Shown piece by piece: positions 25,350 through 40,402 of a stretch of DNA of 64,000 bases. The DNA is taken from NCBI GenBank assembly GCA_964016885.1, contig OZ024750.1, forward strand, positions 6,572,001 through 6,636,000, in the 5' to 3' direction. A program made the position numbers and the translations under genes. A model generated the notes under the pieces. It made no database searches. It had not been told where the DNA came from and saw only the letters and a program-made list of their open reading frames with translations. The DNA is from Eledone cirrhosa. Its lineage: Eukaryota. Position 1 is the stretch's first letter; every line of letters begins with the position of its first letter.

Positions 25350-25554
25350 CACACAGACACGTACAAACTCATACACACGTACACAGAAACACATACATAG
25401 AGACACGTACAGACTCATACACACGTACACAGAAACACATACATAGAGACACGTACAGACTCATACACACGTACACAGAAACACACACACACACACACGT
25501 ACACAGACACACATACATATATACACATACACACACACACACAGACACTCATGC

Positions 25555-25586
<32 letters not shown>

Positions 25587-25791
25587 CACATACACAGAGA
25601 CACGTACAAACTCATACACACATAGACAGAGACACGTACACAGAAACACAGACACGTACACAGACACACATACATATATACACATACGTATATACACACA
25701 CAGACACTCATGCACAACTGCCATTGACACTGGTTCATCCGTCGACATACAAACTGTCACACACGTGCATGTGCATGTGTGTGTGTGCGTG

Positions 25792-25833
<42 letters not shown>

Positions 25834-25835
25834 CG

Positions 25836-25868
<33 letters not shown>

Positions 25869-25961
25869 ATATATATGTGTGTGTGTGTATATATATATAT
25901 GCATTTATATATTTATATATATGCATTTATATATTTATATATATATGCATTTATATATTTA

Positions 25962-26013
<52 letters not shown>

Positions 26014-26042
26014 TATGCATTGATATATGCATTTATATATTT

Positions 26043-26075
<33 letters not shown>

Positions 26076-26096
26076 TGATATATGCATTTATATATT

Positions 26097-26159
<63 letters not shown>

Positions 26160-26177
26160 TTGATATATGCATTTATA

Positions 26178-26222
<45 letters not shown>

Positions 26223-26469
26223 GCACACACACACACGCACACACAGACACAGACGTATGCACAGTAAGACAGTAAGACGTCTGTATTTCACATGCTACCA
26301 TACCAAACCAGAGACACAGTATCACGTGTGCAACCTCTCACATATAGACGAACACTTGGCAATTACTTCACACACTCCCACACGTCACCCACCCACCAGC
26401 ACGCATTTTACTAACGGTTATATAGTCACACATTTATATATATGTATATATATATATGTATATATATAT

Positions 26470-26662
26470 AACGAAGGAAATGTGGTAAGGAACCTGGTGG
26501 ACCATAACGCACCAAAGTACTCAATACTTAGGGTAGTAGAGTGGGTAATAGGAACAAGTAAGACCCCGACGGCTGAGCTCAAGCCGTTTCGACGGCTAAT
26601 TCTGGACCAGAATTAGCCGTCGAAACGGCTTGAGCTCTGCCGTCGGGGTCTTACTTGTTCCT
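26470..26662. mobile_element. Family-A fold-back insert, copy 3
   Basis: Hairpin centred at 26606 (ctgg-a-ccag), long left arm, (TA)n flanks. Confidence 0.8.
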
Positions 26663-26886
26663 ATATATATATATATATATATATAAATATATATATACAT
26701 ATATGTGTATGTATATATGCATGTATGTATGTATATATATATATGTATAATATATGTATGTATATGCATGTATGTATTTATGTATATGTATGCATGTATG
26801 TATGTATATATGTATACATACATATATATGTATGTATATATATGCATGTATGTATATATGTATGTATGTATATACACAGACACGGA

Positions 26887-26952
<66 letters not shown>

Positions 26953-27654
26953 TATAAACAGACATAAAAATACTCACATGAACCCAAATGCGCAACTACA
27001 CAGATATACAGTCATACCCAAGATTAACATACACACTAACACCACCTCATATATAAACACACACACACACACACACACACATACACATATATATATATAA
27101 ATGCACGTGCGCATACACACATACACATACTCACTCACATACACAAACACACACACACACACATACACTCACAGACGCAAATACGCAAATATATATGTAT
27201 AGACGTTCAGGGATTTGCTCGGGGTGACAATATAACTTAAAATGATATTCTCTTCTGTGGGCAATACAGACACGATTTTGAGTTACACAGTTCTGGGGCT
27301 TTAACCCTTTGTAACTCCCTAACATATAACACCATAAATAATATTTTATTTGAACAGGCAACTTGAAGCTCATTCTATTCATATATATCATGGAATCTGT
27401 CGTAGACTTGTTCCGGACAATATATTAAATGATTTATGGACGTATGTTAGCTTGTTCTTGCCAAGTTTTAAACAACGACAATAAAAGCTTCAGAAGGACG
27501 AGTTGATAGGACATTGGACTTATTAATATTGGTTGAAGGGTTGACAGTTTGTAGCTTGTCACTGGTCACTTTGTTCCTTCTGTAAGCGTATGAGAACTGG
27601 ACTCTTACATCCGAAATAGTACGAGAACGAAGTAACCAGACACTCGAACACGAG

Positions 27655-27712
27655 ACCTGATGAAGGTTGTCTTGCATCACTGAGCACAAGGCAAGTCATG
27701 AAATATGTTGGT
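27655..27712 (+). ncRNA. Degenerate hammerhead ribozyme in a probable PLE 3' remnant
   Basis: CTGATGA-agg TTGTCTTG...CAAGGCAA gtcat-GAAA-TATG-TT. About 300 bp upstream an LNRQLEAHSI frame resembles the GIY-YIG C-terminal R..LE...I motif. Confidence 0.5.
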
Positions 27713-29094
27713 AGACAGGAACCACTCCTGGTCATTGTAACAAGGGAAGCTCGACTTGTAGCGTCACGTATCCCACCACGACCCCATATACAACGGTACA
27801 TTCAGACCGGAGATATGGTCCAAATGCTTGCCATAAATTGGATCTAAAGCAACTCAAAGACTAGTTAGTGGCTTTAAACCTGATGACCGATTAAATCTAC
27901 CACCCAAGCAAACTTCAGCGGGATTAAACCTCAGAACATAAAGCAAGCTTGAATCAATACCACAAGCCATGTCTTCTGGCTCTCTAACAATTCATCCAAT
28001 CAAACTATTATGGACTGGTTCATTATTTTGTCAAAACCCGAAGGAATAAAAGTCAAAAATGGGCTCGACGTGATTCGAAATCAAAATGGAATAGGTCCGG
28101 AATAAACAGCACAACTCTTTACCAATTACTTTTATAATTGTTTCTACTTTTGGCACAAGGCTAGCAATTACCCCAGTGCTTGACGGGTACTTTATTTTAC
28201 CGACCCCGTAAGGATAAAAGGTAAAGTTACTTTTATAATAAAGATATCCTTTCTTTACCTCAAAGTACGACGTTCGGTTTCTCGCTTGGGCCAGAATAAA
28301 TCAGTAAGAAACAACAATCCAGTATTGAATGCAACAATAAATGTCCTCAGGTTTTTCAATACTGCTTATTATTAAGGACTGCATGCAAGGGTTTAGTACG
28401 CAACAAGAGATCATTTTATGTTAAGTCCAATATACTCTCAGGTATTCAGGGAGATAATCTAGTTGCCGACAGGGGAAATCTCTTACAACGGCCAACCTTT
28501 TTTTTACTTTCTCCTCACATAACATTCTATTATTATCATTTTTTTTTTTTTTTTTCGTGTGGGAAATAAGGAAATAGGCGATGGAAAATCTAGCACCCTA
28601 CCACCACCACCCTATTATCTTATTACTACCTATTGTTGAGAGAGAGAGAGAGAGAAATAGAGAGACAGAGTGAGAGAAATAGAGAGATAGAGAGAAGACG
28701 CAATGCTTCTAACGGGAATCTCATCACGTAGAAACTATGAGCTCATCATTTTTAACTAATATATCTCTATATATCTCAATGACTGACTCTCGGGAGATTT
28801 ACGTACAGAACGGGAGGTAGATTAGGTGAGTGGACCAACTTAGAGGTGGGTAGATAGGTAAAGATGGGTAGATAGGCAGAGGGGTAGGTAGGTAGAGGGG
28901 TAGGTAGGTAAATAGATAGATAGATGGATGGATAGATAGATGGATAGAGAGGGGTAGGTAGGTAAATAGATAGATAGATGGATGGATGGATGGATATAAT
29001 ATATAGATATCTTTCTTTATTAGCCACAGGGGCACAAAAGAAGGGGATAGATAGATAAATAGATATATAGATAGATGGCAGATATAGATAGGTG

Positions 29095-29177
<83 letters not shown>

Positions 29178-29338
29178 GGATAGGTTGATAGTTAAACAGA
29201 TAGGTTGATAGAGAGGCAAGCAAGTTAAAGGGGTGGAAGTAGTATGAGGAATAAGCCTAGATCGATGGACAGATGGCTGACTGGGTGCATGCAGGCGTGA
29301 AAGCGAAAAATAGAGGGGAGTAGAAAGATATAGATTGC

Positions 29339-29408
<70 letters not shown>

Positions 29409-29498
29409 CTCTCTCATATACATATTTAAAGAGAGACAGAGAAATGGATGTAGAGTTGAATAGAGATACATAGCTATATATATAGTGGGGTAGATGGC

Positions 29499-29553
<55 letters not shown>

Positions 29554-29565
29554 GCGTGTGTGTGT

Positions 29566-29710
29566 GTTTAATATAGAAATGGCTTCTACAGGACTAGAAC
29601 TGTTTCATTCGGGAGAAATCACCAGGATGCCGGGGCTTCTATATTAAATATTTATACCCTGCGATGTATTGAGTACCTTACTGTGGTTATCCCTGATTGA
29701 ACCCGGAATA

Positions 29711-29712
<2 letters not shown>
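29566..29712. mobile_element. Family-G inverted insert with variant HHR (29594-29625, minus)
   Basis: Minus strand CTGGTGA-TTTC TCCC GAAT-GAAA-CAGT-TC-TAG; inverted arm ttctatattaaa plus a tail running into (TA)n. Confidence 0.6.
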
Positions 29713-29757
<45 letters not shown>

Positions 29758-29852
29758 GTATAGTGGTAGCTATGGTGCTTCCATAGGCGGTATGCCAAAA
29801 TTAGCACTCGATATCCATCAGAGTAGAGTGTATATATTATCTATCTATCTAT

Positions 29853-30160
29853 ATATATATTATCAAGAAAACGAAAAATCAGTGATGCATCTGGACTTAG
29901 TTTATTCCGTGTTACAAATGTTTCGCCGGCATGTAGCTCGAGTCATGGTCCTTGTATGGATCTGGCTGATTCTACTTCTGCGGGTTCTTTCAGACACTCC
30001 GGACATCACACCCATGTCTGAAAGAACCCGCAGAAGTAGAATCAGCCAGATCCATACAAGGACCATGACTCGAGCTACATGCCGGCGAAACATTTGTAAC
30101 ACGAAATAAACTAAGTCCAGATGCATCACTGATTTTTCGTTTTCTTGATAATATATATAT
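29853..30160. mobile_element. ~140-bp-arm palindromic insert in TA with a long-stem-II HHR-like motif (30015-30101 +, mirrored on the left arm)
   Basis: Near-perfect arms with an ~18-nt spacer; TGT-CTGAAAGA...GCCGGC-GAAA-CATTTG-TA-ACA. Confidence 0.7.
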
Positions 30161-30419
30161 ATAGATAGATAGAGAGAGAGACGGATTGATAGATATATAG
30201 ATAGATAGATAGATGGATACTTTGCAGAATATTTAATTCTATTTAGCTTATTAGATGCTCCCCGAGACCCAGTTAACCGATGGATAGCCATAGATTTAGG
30301 GGACGGATAATAATATACCGAAATAAAGATAAGTTAGTGAGGCCTGTCTTCGACATCAGAACTATATTCTGCCGCTGTTTTACACTAAATTGTTTTATCT
30401 ACTGTTTTATTATTATCAT

Positions 30420-30597
30420 TTATCGGTAGAGCATCAGACACCATGCTTTGTAGCATCGAGTTATGGCCCTTTGCGTTCTGAGTTCAAATCCTGTCGAGGT
30501 TAGCTTTGCTTTTCATCCTTGCGGGGTCGATAAAATACAGTACCAGTAATGCACTGGGGTAATTGCTGGCCTTGTGCCAAAAGTAGAAACAATTATT
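30420..30597 (+). mobile_element. SINE S1 copy
   Basis: Core and 3' end match other S1 copies. Confidence 0.85.
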
Positions 30598-32380
30598 TTT
30601 CTGTCGTCACACAATCACCACATTACCAGAATTTAACTGTTTTATACCAAACCGCCTTACCAAAGTTTAACTAACTGTTTTATACCAAACCCCTTCCTTT
30701 TGTGCCAAAGTTTAACTGTCTTTATACCAAACCGCTTGAAACCGGTTCTGGTTCCACAATACAAAACTGTTTATTTTAAAGTGTTTATATTTATATATAA
30801 AAACAACTTCCCATCACAATTTTATGTAAGAATATTTAAGTTATATTCCAAATACCAGCTGAGATATACTGCTTAGTTAAGGATATAAAACCTAACCCTC
30901 CTTTCTCTTTCCCCCTTCCCCCTATTTTTTTTATTATGCAATTTTTCTTCTTCTTCTCTTCCTGTTTATTATATGAAATAAAGAATTAAACATTTTGAAA
31001 ATTATTTGAAAAATTATAGGCTGTCTTTCTTTAGAAAATATAGTTATGAACAAGTTGAAAAGAAAATTATAGCATAGGTGATTGTGAGGGTGGTGATGGT
31101 AGCATTGTTGATGTGATGGTAGTAGTGAGGTGGATGTGACGCGATGTTAATGACATTGGAGAGGGTGACAGCATCAGGTATCCTCTCCCCCACCCACACC
31201 AAAATAGAAAAATATATCTACTTCTTTGTTATTATTATTGTTTTCTTCTTCTTTTGTTCCTAATAAGGATATAAAGTGACACTTCGTGGAACGTTTTTCT
31301 CCTTTTTTTTTCACTTTCTTGACAGATCCTTTTACCGATTCAGTTAACACACACATACACACACACACACATATATATATACACACACACGCACACACAT
31401 AATCTCTCGTTCTCCCTCTCCTGTCTAAGGTACACCCGCTATTTCTCTCTCACACATACTACTCACAAAGACACAGACACACACATATACACACATACAC
31501 ACACCCTCTCTTTCTTTCTCTCTCTCTCTCTAATATACACACGTTATCTCTTTCGTTCTCCCTCTCCTTCTGTCTAAGGTACAACCGCTATTTCTCTCAC
31601 ACACACACACTACTCACGAAAACAGACACAAACATATACACACAGCCACACACACACACTCTCACATACACAGACACAGCTACACACACTTTCACTCACT
31701 CTCTCTCACACACATACAGCTATACACAAAGATACACACACACAAAGATACACACACACACACACACTCTCTCTCTCACACACACACACACACGCATACA
31801 GCCACGCACACACACACACACACTCTCACACACAGACACAGCTACACAAAGACACAGACACGCATACAGCCACACACCACACCTACTCCCCCCCCCCCCC
31901 CGACACACATTTTCCCTCCCTCTAACCAATCCCCAAAATATGTCATCCCTTCCAGTCCTCTATCACATGTTCTTTCACTAAACAAAGTATTTTCTTCCAT
32001 TTTTTTCTTTTTCCTTCTATTGTCCTTTTTTTCCCCCTCTTTGCTTTTAATATTTTCCCACCTTTTTTTTTTTTTTTTGTTATCCCTCTTGAAACTTGTT
32101 GCCGCCGTTTTTTCTCCTGGTAGTCACCGCCATCACCATCACCATCACCATCACCATCGCCATCGCCATCGCCATCATCGTCTTCTATCACCATCGTCAC
32201 CCATCATCACCATCACCATCCATCATCATCATCGTCATCGTTTTAAATCTTTATTATCATAACCATCAGGTTTAATCATCATCGCCGTCATCTTTATATT
32301 TAGCATCATCTATCATCACCACTGCCACTACCACCACTATCACTATCACCACCACTACCACTACTACTACCACTAGTACG

Positions 32381-32430
<50 letters not shown>

Positions 32431-32441
32431 CACTACTACTT

Positions 32442-32517
<76 letters not shown>

Positions 32518-32759
32518 AACTTCGCTGGATTTATTTTCTATAGGTGTTTCTGCCTTGCCTTCCTATCAAGTCTTTTAGCTCCGTCTCTTGACTCGTGTCT
32601 CACGTCCTCACACTATAATAATAGATCTGACGGTAGTTTTGTATATCAAACCCCACATCCTTACCCTCATCCTCAGCCTCACCCCATGCTCAACTGATAT
32701 CTATTTTCCTCTCTCTTGGTTTAAGCTGACAGCGAACCGCTGTATTTTGTAGACATCAG

Positions 32760-34555
32760 TGAAGACTTCTGGTGTCATTGGCCCCAGGATCACCTCCCTA
32801 CTCACCACCATCGGCACCGAGTTGGCTACCCACAGTAGCGGAGACTTCTGGTGTCCTTGGCCCCAGGATCACCTCCCTACTCACCACCATCGGCACCGAG
32901 TTGGCTACCCACAGTAGCGGAGACTTCTGGTGTCCTTGGCCCCAGGATCACCTCCCTACTCACCACCATCGGCACTGAGTTGGCTACCCACAGTAGCGGA
33001 GACTTCTGGTGTCCTTGGCCCCAGGATCAACTCCCTACTCACCACCATCGGCACCGAGTTGGCTGCCCACAGTAGCGGAGACTTCTGGTGTCCTTGGCCC
33101 TAGGACCACCTCCCTGCTCACCACCATCGGCACCGAGTTGGCTACCCACAGTAGCGGAGACTTCTGGTGTCCTTGGCCCCAGGATCACCTCCCTGCTTAC
33201 CACCATCGGCACCGAGTTGGCTACCCACAGTAGCGGAGACTTCTGGTGTCATTGGCCCTAGGACCACCTCCCTGCTCACCACCATCGGCACCGAGTTGGC
33301 TACCCACAGTAGCGGAGACTTCTGGTGTCATTGGCCCTAGGACCACCTCCCTACTCACCACCATCGGCACCGAGTTGGCTACCCACAGTAGCGGAGACTT
33401 CTGGTGTCCTTGGCCCTAGGACCACCTTCCTGCTCACCACCATCGGCACCGAGTTGGCTACCCACAGTAGCGAAGACTTCTGGTGTCATTGGCCCTAGGA
33501 CCACCTCCCTACTCACCACCATCGGCACCGAGTTGGCTACCCACAGTAGCGGAGACTTCTGGTGTCCTTGGCCCTAGGACCACCTCCCTGCTCACCACCA
33601 TCGGCACCGAGTTGGCTACCCACAGTAGCGGAGACTTCTGGTGTCATTGGCCCTAGGACCACCTCCCTACTCACCACCATCGGCACCGAGTTGGCTACCC
33701 ACAGTAGCGGAGACTTCTGGTGTCCTTGGCCCTAGGACCACCTCCCTGCTCACCACCATCGGCACCGAGTTGGCTACCCACAGTAGCGAAGACTTCTGGT
33801 GTCATTGGCCCTAGGACCACCTCCCTACTCACCACCATCGGCACCGAGTTGGCTACCCACAGTAGCGGAGACTTCTGGTGTCCTTGGCCCTAGGACCACC
33901 TCCCTACTCACCACCATTGGCACCGAGTTGGCTACCCACAGTAGCGGAGACTTCTGGTGTCCTTGGCCCTAGGACCACCTCCCTACTCACCACCATTGGC
34001 ACCGAGTTGGCTACCCACAGTAGCGGAGACTTCTGGTGTCATTGGCCCTAGGACCACCTCCCTACTCACCACCATCGGCACCGAGTTGGCTACCCACAGT
34101 AGCGGAGACTTCTGGTGTCCTTGGCCCTAGGACCACCTCCCTACTCACCACCATCGGCACCGAGTTGGCTACCCACAGTAGCGAAGACTTCTGGTGTCAT
34201 TGGCCCTAGGACCACCTCCCTACTCACCACCATCGGCACCGAGTTGGCTACCCACAGTAGCGGAGACTTCTGGTGTCCTTGGCCCTAGGACCACCTCCCT
34301 ACTCACCACCATTGGCACCGAGTTGGCTACCCACAGTAGCGGAGACTTCTGGTGTCCTTGGCCCTAGGACCACCTCCCTACTCACCACCATTGGCACCGA
34401 GTTGGCTACCCACAGTAGCGGAGACTTCTGGTGTCATTGGCCCTAGGACCACCTCCCTACTCACCACCATCGGCACCGAGTTGGCTACCCACAGTAGCGG
34501 AGACTTCTGGTGTCCTTGGCCCTAGGACCACCTCCCTACTCACCACCATCGGCGC
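32760..34555 (+). repeat. 79-bp satellite (~23 units) derived from CRE endonuclease-coding DNA
   Basis: Unit ggagacttctggtgtccttggccctaggaccacctccctactcaccaccatcggcaccgagttggctacccacagtagc; starts every 79 bp from 32761 to 34499. Confidence 0.95.
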
Positions 34556-34670
34556 AGAGTTGGTTACATGTGAGCCTCGCGAGCTGGAATGGCTCTTCCA
34601 GAGCGTCTCCCTGACCATCCACCAGGGAAACGCCTTCTCTATTCTGTCCGCCGGGGCCACGATGGGGTCA
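34499..34670 (+). mobile_element. CRE-clade retrotransposon 3' remnant continuing from the last satellite unit
   Basis: ETSGVLGPRTTSLLTTIGAELVTCEPRELEWLFQSVSLTIHQGNAFSILSAG; homologous to 15762-16012. Confidence 0.8.
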
Positions 34671-35289
34671 GTGCGTGGATCCCCATTTGCTTATAATAGG
34701 GAGAGATGGGGAGAGCGAGAAAAGATGGAGGCAGTGACAGTGGGAGTTTGGTTCCATTATGTTATATGCTCTTTTACTCTTTTACCTGTTCCAGCCATCC
34801 AGCTGAGGCCATGTTGGGGCACCGCCCTTGATATGTATATATTTATTTACCACACCAGTATTAATACTCGCACCCAATTTATCGGCTTGGGTGAGATTAA
34901 AGACAAAGTCAGCCTCAGTAGTATTTAAACTTAAAACCTAACGTAAAGATCTATTGCTACGTCAATAATTACAACAAAGCATTTTGCTTAACACTCTACC
35001 GATTTTACCATCCACCACCACCAACACCAACAACACCAACAACAACAACAACACCACCATCAAATAATAAAACAATCGTAAATCAAATCGCTTTGAGTTA
35101 AGTACTCCATCACAATGACAGTGACCCATTGTGCTGGTACTTTTGACCCATAATACCACCCACACGTTAAAACACTCATAAGATCTGAATGATAAATAGC
35201 CCGACGAGACACTACGTTTCATGAAGCTATATTAATTAATTCCTGGGTCTATGTTATTAAATAGATGAAAGATGAATATCTTCTTAGAT

Positions 35290-35600
35290 AGCAGCATTCC
35301 ACTGTACCGCAAAAGATGTTATGTCTTTTCCTCTTCACAGCTAATTGAACTGGCGCATGTAGAAGGAAGAAAAGCGTCTTACCTACAGACAGGGCTTCTC
35401 GGGGGAATGTTTATCAGGGTCTACAAAGTTCTTTCCATCTCTCTTCGTTCACTTCTGTTAATGACACTTTGAAATAAATGCAAACATTTTTACTGAGAAA
35501 CCAAGAAATTTCCGAAGGTGAAGCTCTAATCTGCGACCACACGTTCTCCGGTTCCATCCTCATAGCTTCGGCCACAACCCCGGACACTGCCACCCGTAAC
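35290..35600 (-). mobile_element. Possible decayed L1/Tx1-type LINE ORF2 3' remnant
   Basis: Frameshifted CP-x-CGRSYED knuckle-like stretch followed by TLINIPP and GKTLFFLL segments; weak. Confidence 0.3.
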
Positions 35601-35734
35601 ATAAAGAAGTGGAAGATAGTTAAATACTGGGAGTTAACCGACTACTTCTTACTGTCCACCACACTAGATTATACTATAGTAAAACTATACATCTTACTCA
35701 ATATTAAAGCATACTGTAAGCACGCTACACAATA

Positions 35735-36440
35735 TCAGACCATGCCAAACCATGCTACACCATGTTATACCATATCACATCATATCACATCATGCTATAC
35801 CATATCACATCATGCTAAACCATATCACACCATACTACACCATGCTATATCATATCAAACAATGCTAAACCATACTACACCATGTTATACCATATCACAT
35901 CATATCACATCATGCTATACCATATCACATCATGCTAAACCATATCACACCATACTACACCATGCTATATCATATCAAACAATACTAAACCATACTACAC
36001 CATGTTATACCATATCACATCATATCACATCATGCTAAACCATATCACACCATGCTACACCATGCTATACCATATCACATCATGCTAAACCATATCACAC
36101 CATGCTACACCATGCTATACCATATCACATCATGCTAAACCATATCACACCATACTACACCATACTATACCATATCGCACCATATCATACTACACCATAT
36201 CAAACCATCCATAATTATGCTACGCTATACTACACCATGCTATACCATACCATAAATCACACCATAATACACCATGGTAAACCATATCACACCATGCTAA
36301 ACCATATCACACCATGCTATACCATATCGCACCATGCTATACCATATCCCACCATATCACACCATACATAATTATGCTATAGCATATCACACCATACAAC
36401 ACCATGCTATACCATATCACACCATACATAACTATGCTAT
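35735..36440. repeat. Pentamer-based (CATAY/CACAC) minisatellite with 120-bp higher-order periodicity
   Basis: The lines starting at 35761, 35881 and 36001 begin identically. Confidence 0.9.
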
Positions 36441-39202
36441 GTCAATCTTTAAAATGGCATTATACAATAACCTGTGCAAAACATCTTATTGTCATTTTCA
36501 TGCTCTACAAATAGTATTTTTCCAACCGACTGTTACAAGAATGTGACGCTTCATCGTGAGAAAAACCTATTAACTCCTAATTTTATTCCCAAACACCACT
36601 CATATATACCATTGTCAGAATTTGACTCTACTCATAAATCTACACACCTCTCACTCTTTCTTTTAAGTCATTCATTTATCTTGTCTTTTACTTTCTCTTC
36701 CTTTCTTTTGTTGTTGTTGTTGTTGCTGTTGCTGCTGCTGTTGTTGTTGTTTTGTTTTTTTCTGTTTGTGTTTGTTATGTTTTTTGTTTGTTTCAGTTAA
36801 GAATCACATGCCTTTCATATGCAGGTGTAAGGGAGAACAGCCGCGCATATGTAGGGGGGGGGGGGTAGACAGATACATCCCCCCCCTCTCTCTCTTGTTG
36901 CTTTCAGAATATTTCGCTTTTTTATATGTGTGTATGTATAGATGTGCCTGTATATATGTGCTGTATAAGTATGTATGTGGGTATGTGGTGGATGGTTGCG
37001 TATGTCATTGTATGTGTGTACATGTGTGCTGTGTGTGTCATTGTGTATATGATGGATGAATACGTGTGTTTATGTGTGTTTTTTATGCCATTGTATGTGT
37101 ATGTGATGGATGAATGCCTGTGAGCATGTGTGTTTGTATGTCATTCTGTATATGTGTGTATGTATGTGTGCTGCATATGTCATTTATGTCATGTGTGTGT
37201 ATATGATAGATGTGTGTGTGTGTGTGTATATGATAGATGTATGCGTGTGTGTGTGTGTGTGTGTATGATAGATGTATGCATCTGTTCGTGTGTTATGTAT
37301 GTTATTGTGTGTATGTGTGTCTTGTGTATGTCATTATGTGTGTGTGTATGTATGTAGGTGTGTCTTGTGTATGTCATTATGTGTGTGTGTATGTATGTAT
37401 GTAGGTGTGTCTTGTGTATGTCATTATGTGTGTGTGTATGTATGTAGGTAGGTGTGTCTTGTGTATGTCATTATGTAAAGTGAGAGAACTTCTGCAAACA
37501 ATAGAATTCAGTGTTATTTGCAATTGTTGTTGTTTTTCTTCTTTCCATTCTGTGTCCCACTCTTTGTCCTGTCTTCATTTTTACTTCCAATTACTCTTGT
37601 CTAATCAAACCATTCTGTCATTCTCAGATACAAACAATTCTTCATTTTTTCTATTATTATTATTTCATCCTAAGTCTTTCCTTTGTTAAGGAATTTTACA
37701 ATATTTTTTTTACTTATAATTCCACGCGTCAATACTCATAAAGAAATAGCATATTTTTGTTGGTTGATATCTGAGATAAAATTGTTTACATTTTATATTG
37801 TCTTTCTATTTGTGTGATTAAGTACTTTTTTCTTTTCTGTTTGTTGGTTGTGAAATGTACCAAGATAGTAAACTTCTTGCTTTTAGTCTTACGATAAATG
37901 CTAAAACGTAAGTAAGAACTGTACAAGATGTTTTCTAGCTATGTTTGGAGAATACATAAAACGGAAATCTGTAAGATATTTGCCAAAATGCATTATTCAT
38001 ACAAAGAATTTAAGCTGTGTTCAGTCTTTGTTAACGGGATGGGGTGAACATAACATATTTTGGTTTTTATTTGTATACTTTGCAACAATACCTCCAGAAT
38101 AAATCATTTTATTTTAAATTGTCAGATCAGAGGGAAAAGGTCTGGTTCATAACTTATCAACTATTTTTTTTTTTACTTAGTCCTACATTTTCTTACATTT
38201 TAACATATATTTTTCTTTTTCTAGTGTGTATTTTGTCTTTTTTTCTTTGAGATAGATCTGAAATTTTCGACATTTGTATATGGTTTTAAAACAGATGTTT
38301 TATGCCTGGCTGCTCTTGCAAACATCAACCAGATTGTTACTGTTTTAAGTTAGATGGTCGGAGTCAAATATAATAATGTGATTCGCTCAAGATCACATCC
38401 CGTTGTCATTTATATATGCTGAATATATGAGAAATATATCTACTAAGGGTCTTTCCGCTTCATTATTGGTATATGTAGAGGTTACTAGAAGGATAGAAGC
38501 GGTTAAACACAAAACTATATACATCCAAGTATCCAATACGACCACACAATACAACATATTACATTAGAGATATTATATGATATATATTATATTACACCAT
38601 ACAATATTATACCAAACTAAAATATATTACACCACACTCGAGTCAATAAGAAAACCTGAAGGCGCCGAATTCGTAGAGTCGTAGGAAGGTTGGATAGAAA
38701 GCTATGCGGTATTCGTTTCACCTCTCTCTGCTCTCTGAGTTCAAATCCCGCTAAAGTCAACTTTGCCTTTCATCCATTCAAGGTCGATAAAGAAGAACCA
38801 GCATAATAATGGGGTCAATTTTCATCTATATATCTTTCTCACTTCCTTTCTTTCATTTTCTAACCTGGAAGAAATCTGCTGTATTCAAGCCTGGAGAGGA
38901 GATGAGGTCCACCAGGTTTTTTAAAAGCCCTAGAAACGCCGCATGTCAATATGGCGCCCTACGGCTACCTCAGGACCATGCAGGCATGCAATTATTTATT
39001 GAAATTGCACAATTTCTCAACATATCACTGGTACTTATTTTATTAGTGCCAAAGTGATGAGACACAGCGCTGATATTAATAGAACTTAGTTATTTCAGAA
39101 TCAATGAGAAAATGATGTCAAACTACACAGCGTAAAGCGACTAGTCATGCGCTGAACAACAGTCTGCGACTGCTCCTCCATTGACAAACACCCTCTTCCT
39201 GG

Positions 39203-39256
<54 letters not shown>

Positions 39257-39583
39257 GCCCTACCACCCATTAACCATAATTGGGTCATCTAAGTAACAAA
39301 ATACGTCCGCCACCACATCCAGCGAACCATCTGATCTGTCTATGACCTTCAATGGTTGAATGCTTTAACTGTGGGGTTGTGATTGATTGGCAACCTGACT
39401 ACATGGTAGGCGTCATCGTCACCGTCATCGCCGCCATCGTCACCGTCATCGCCGCCATCGTCACCGTCATCGCCGCCATCGTCAACGCCATCGCCTTCAT
39501 CTTCATCATCATAACCATTATCTTGTTTGTCAGTCATTCACTCAAATAACAATAGGTATGCCATTTTTATTTATTTATTTATC

Positions 39584-39643
<60 letters not shown>

Positions 39644-40402
39644 TACTGTGAGTTTTATTACTGTTGTTTATCTGTCCCGGGTTTCACAGTATATTTAGAG
39701 TGGTGGTGTGGTCCTTTTGTCAGTGAAATCCAACCCTTTCTCACTTTAGCACCCCTATGGTCATTTTACTCTCGTTTACTCACACAACCAGATATCTCCT
39801 GTCATTGCCCAACCAACCAGCCAGGCCGCCATAGCCCTACTTTGTTTACCAAGAATATTTGACATTTGCCGTTTCAAATACTCAACTCCACCACTATCAT
39901 CACCACCATCACCATCACCATCATCACCAGAACCACCACCATCATTATCACCATTACCACAACCACCACCATCATCTTTACCATCACCATCATCACCAAC
40001 ACCACCGCCACCATCATCACCACCACTATCATCGCCAATACCACCAACACCACCGCCACCATCATCACCACCACTATCATCGCCAATACCACCACCACCA
40101 CCACTGTCATCACCAATACCACCACCACCACCACCACCACCACTATCATCACTAATACCACCACCATCATCACCACCACCACCACTATCATCACCAATAC
40201 CACCACTATCATCACCAATACCACCACTATCATCACTAATACCAATACCACCACCACCACCACCACCACTATCATCACCAATACCACCACTATCATCACT
40301 AATACCACCATCATCACCAATACCATTACCACCACTATCATCACCAATACCACAACCATCACCACCATCACCACCATTGTCACTACCATAACCACTCAAG
40401 GC

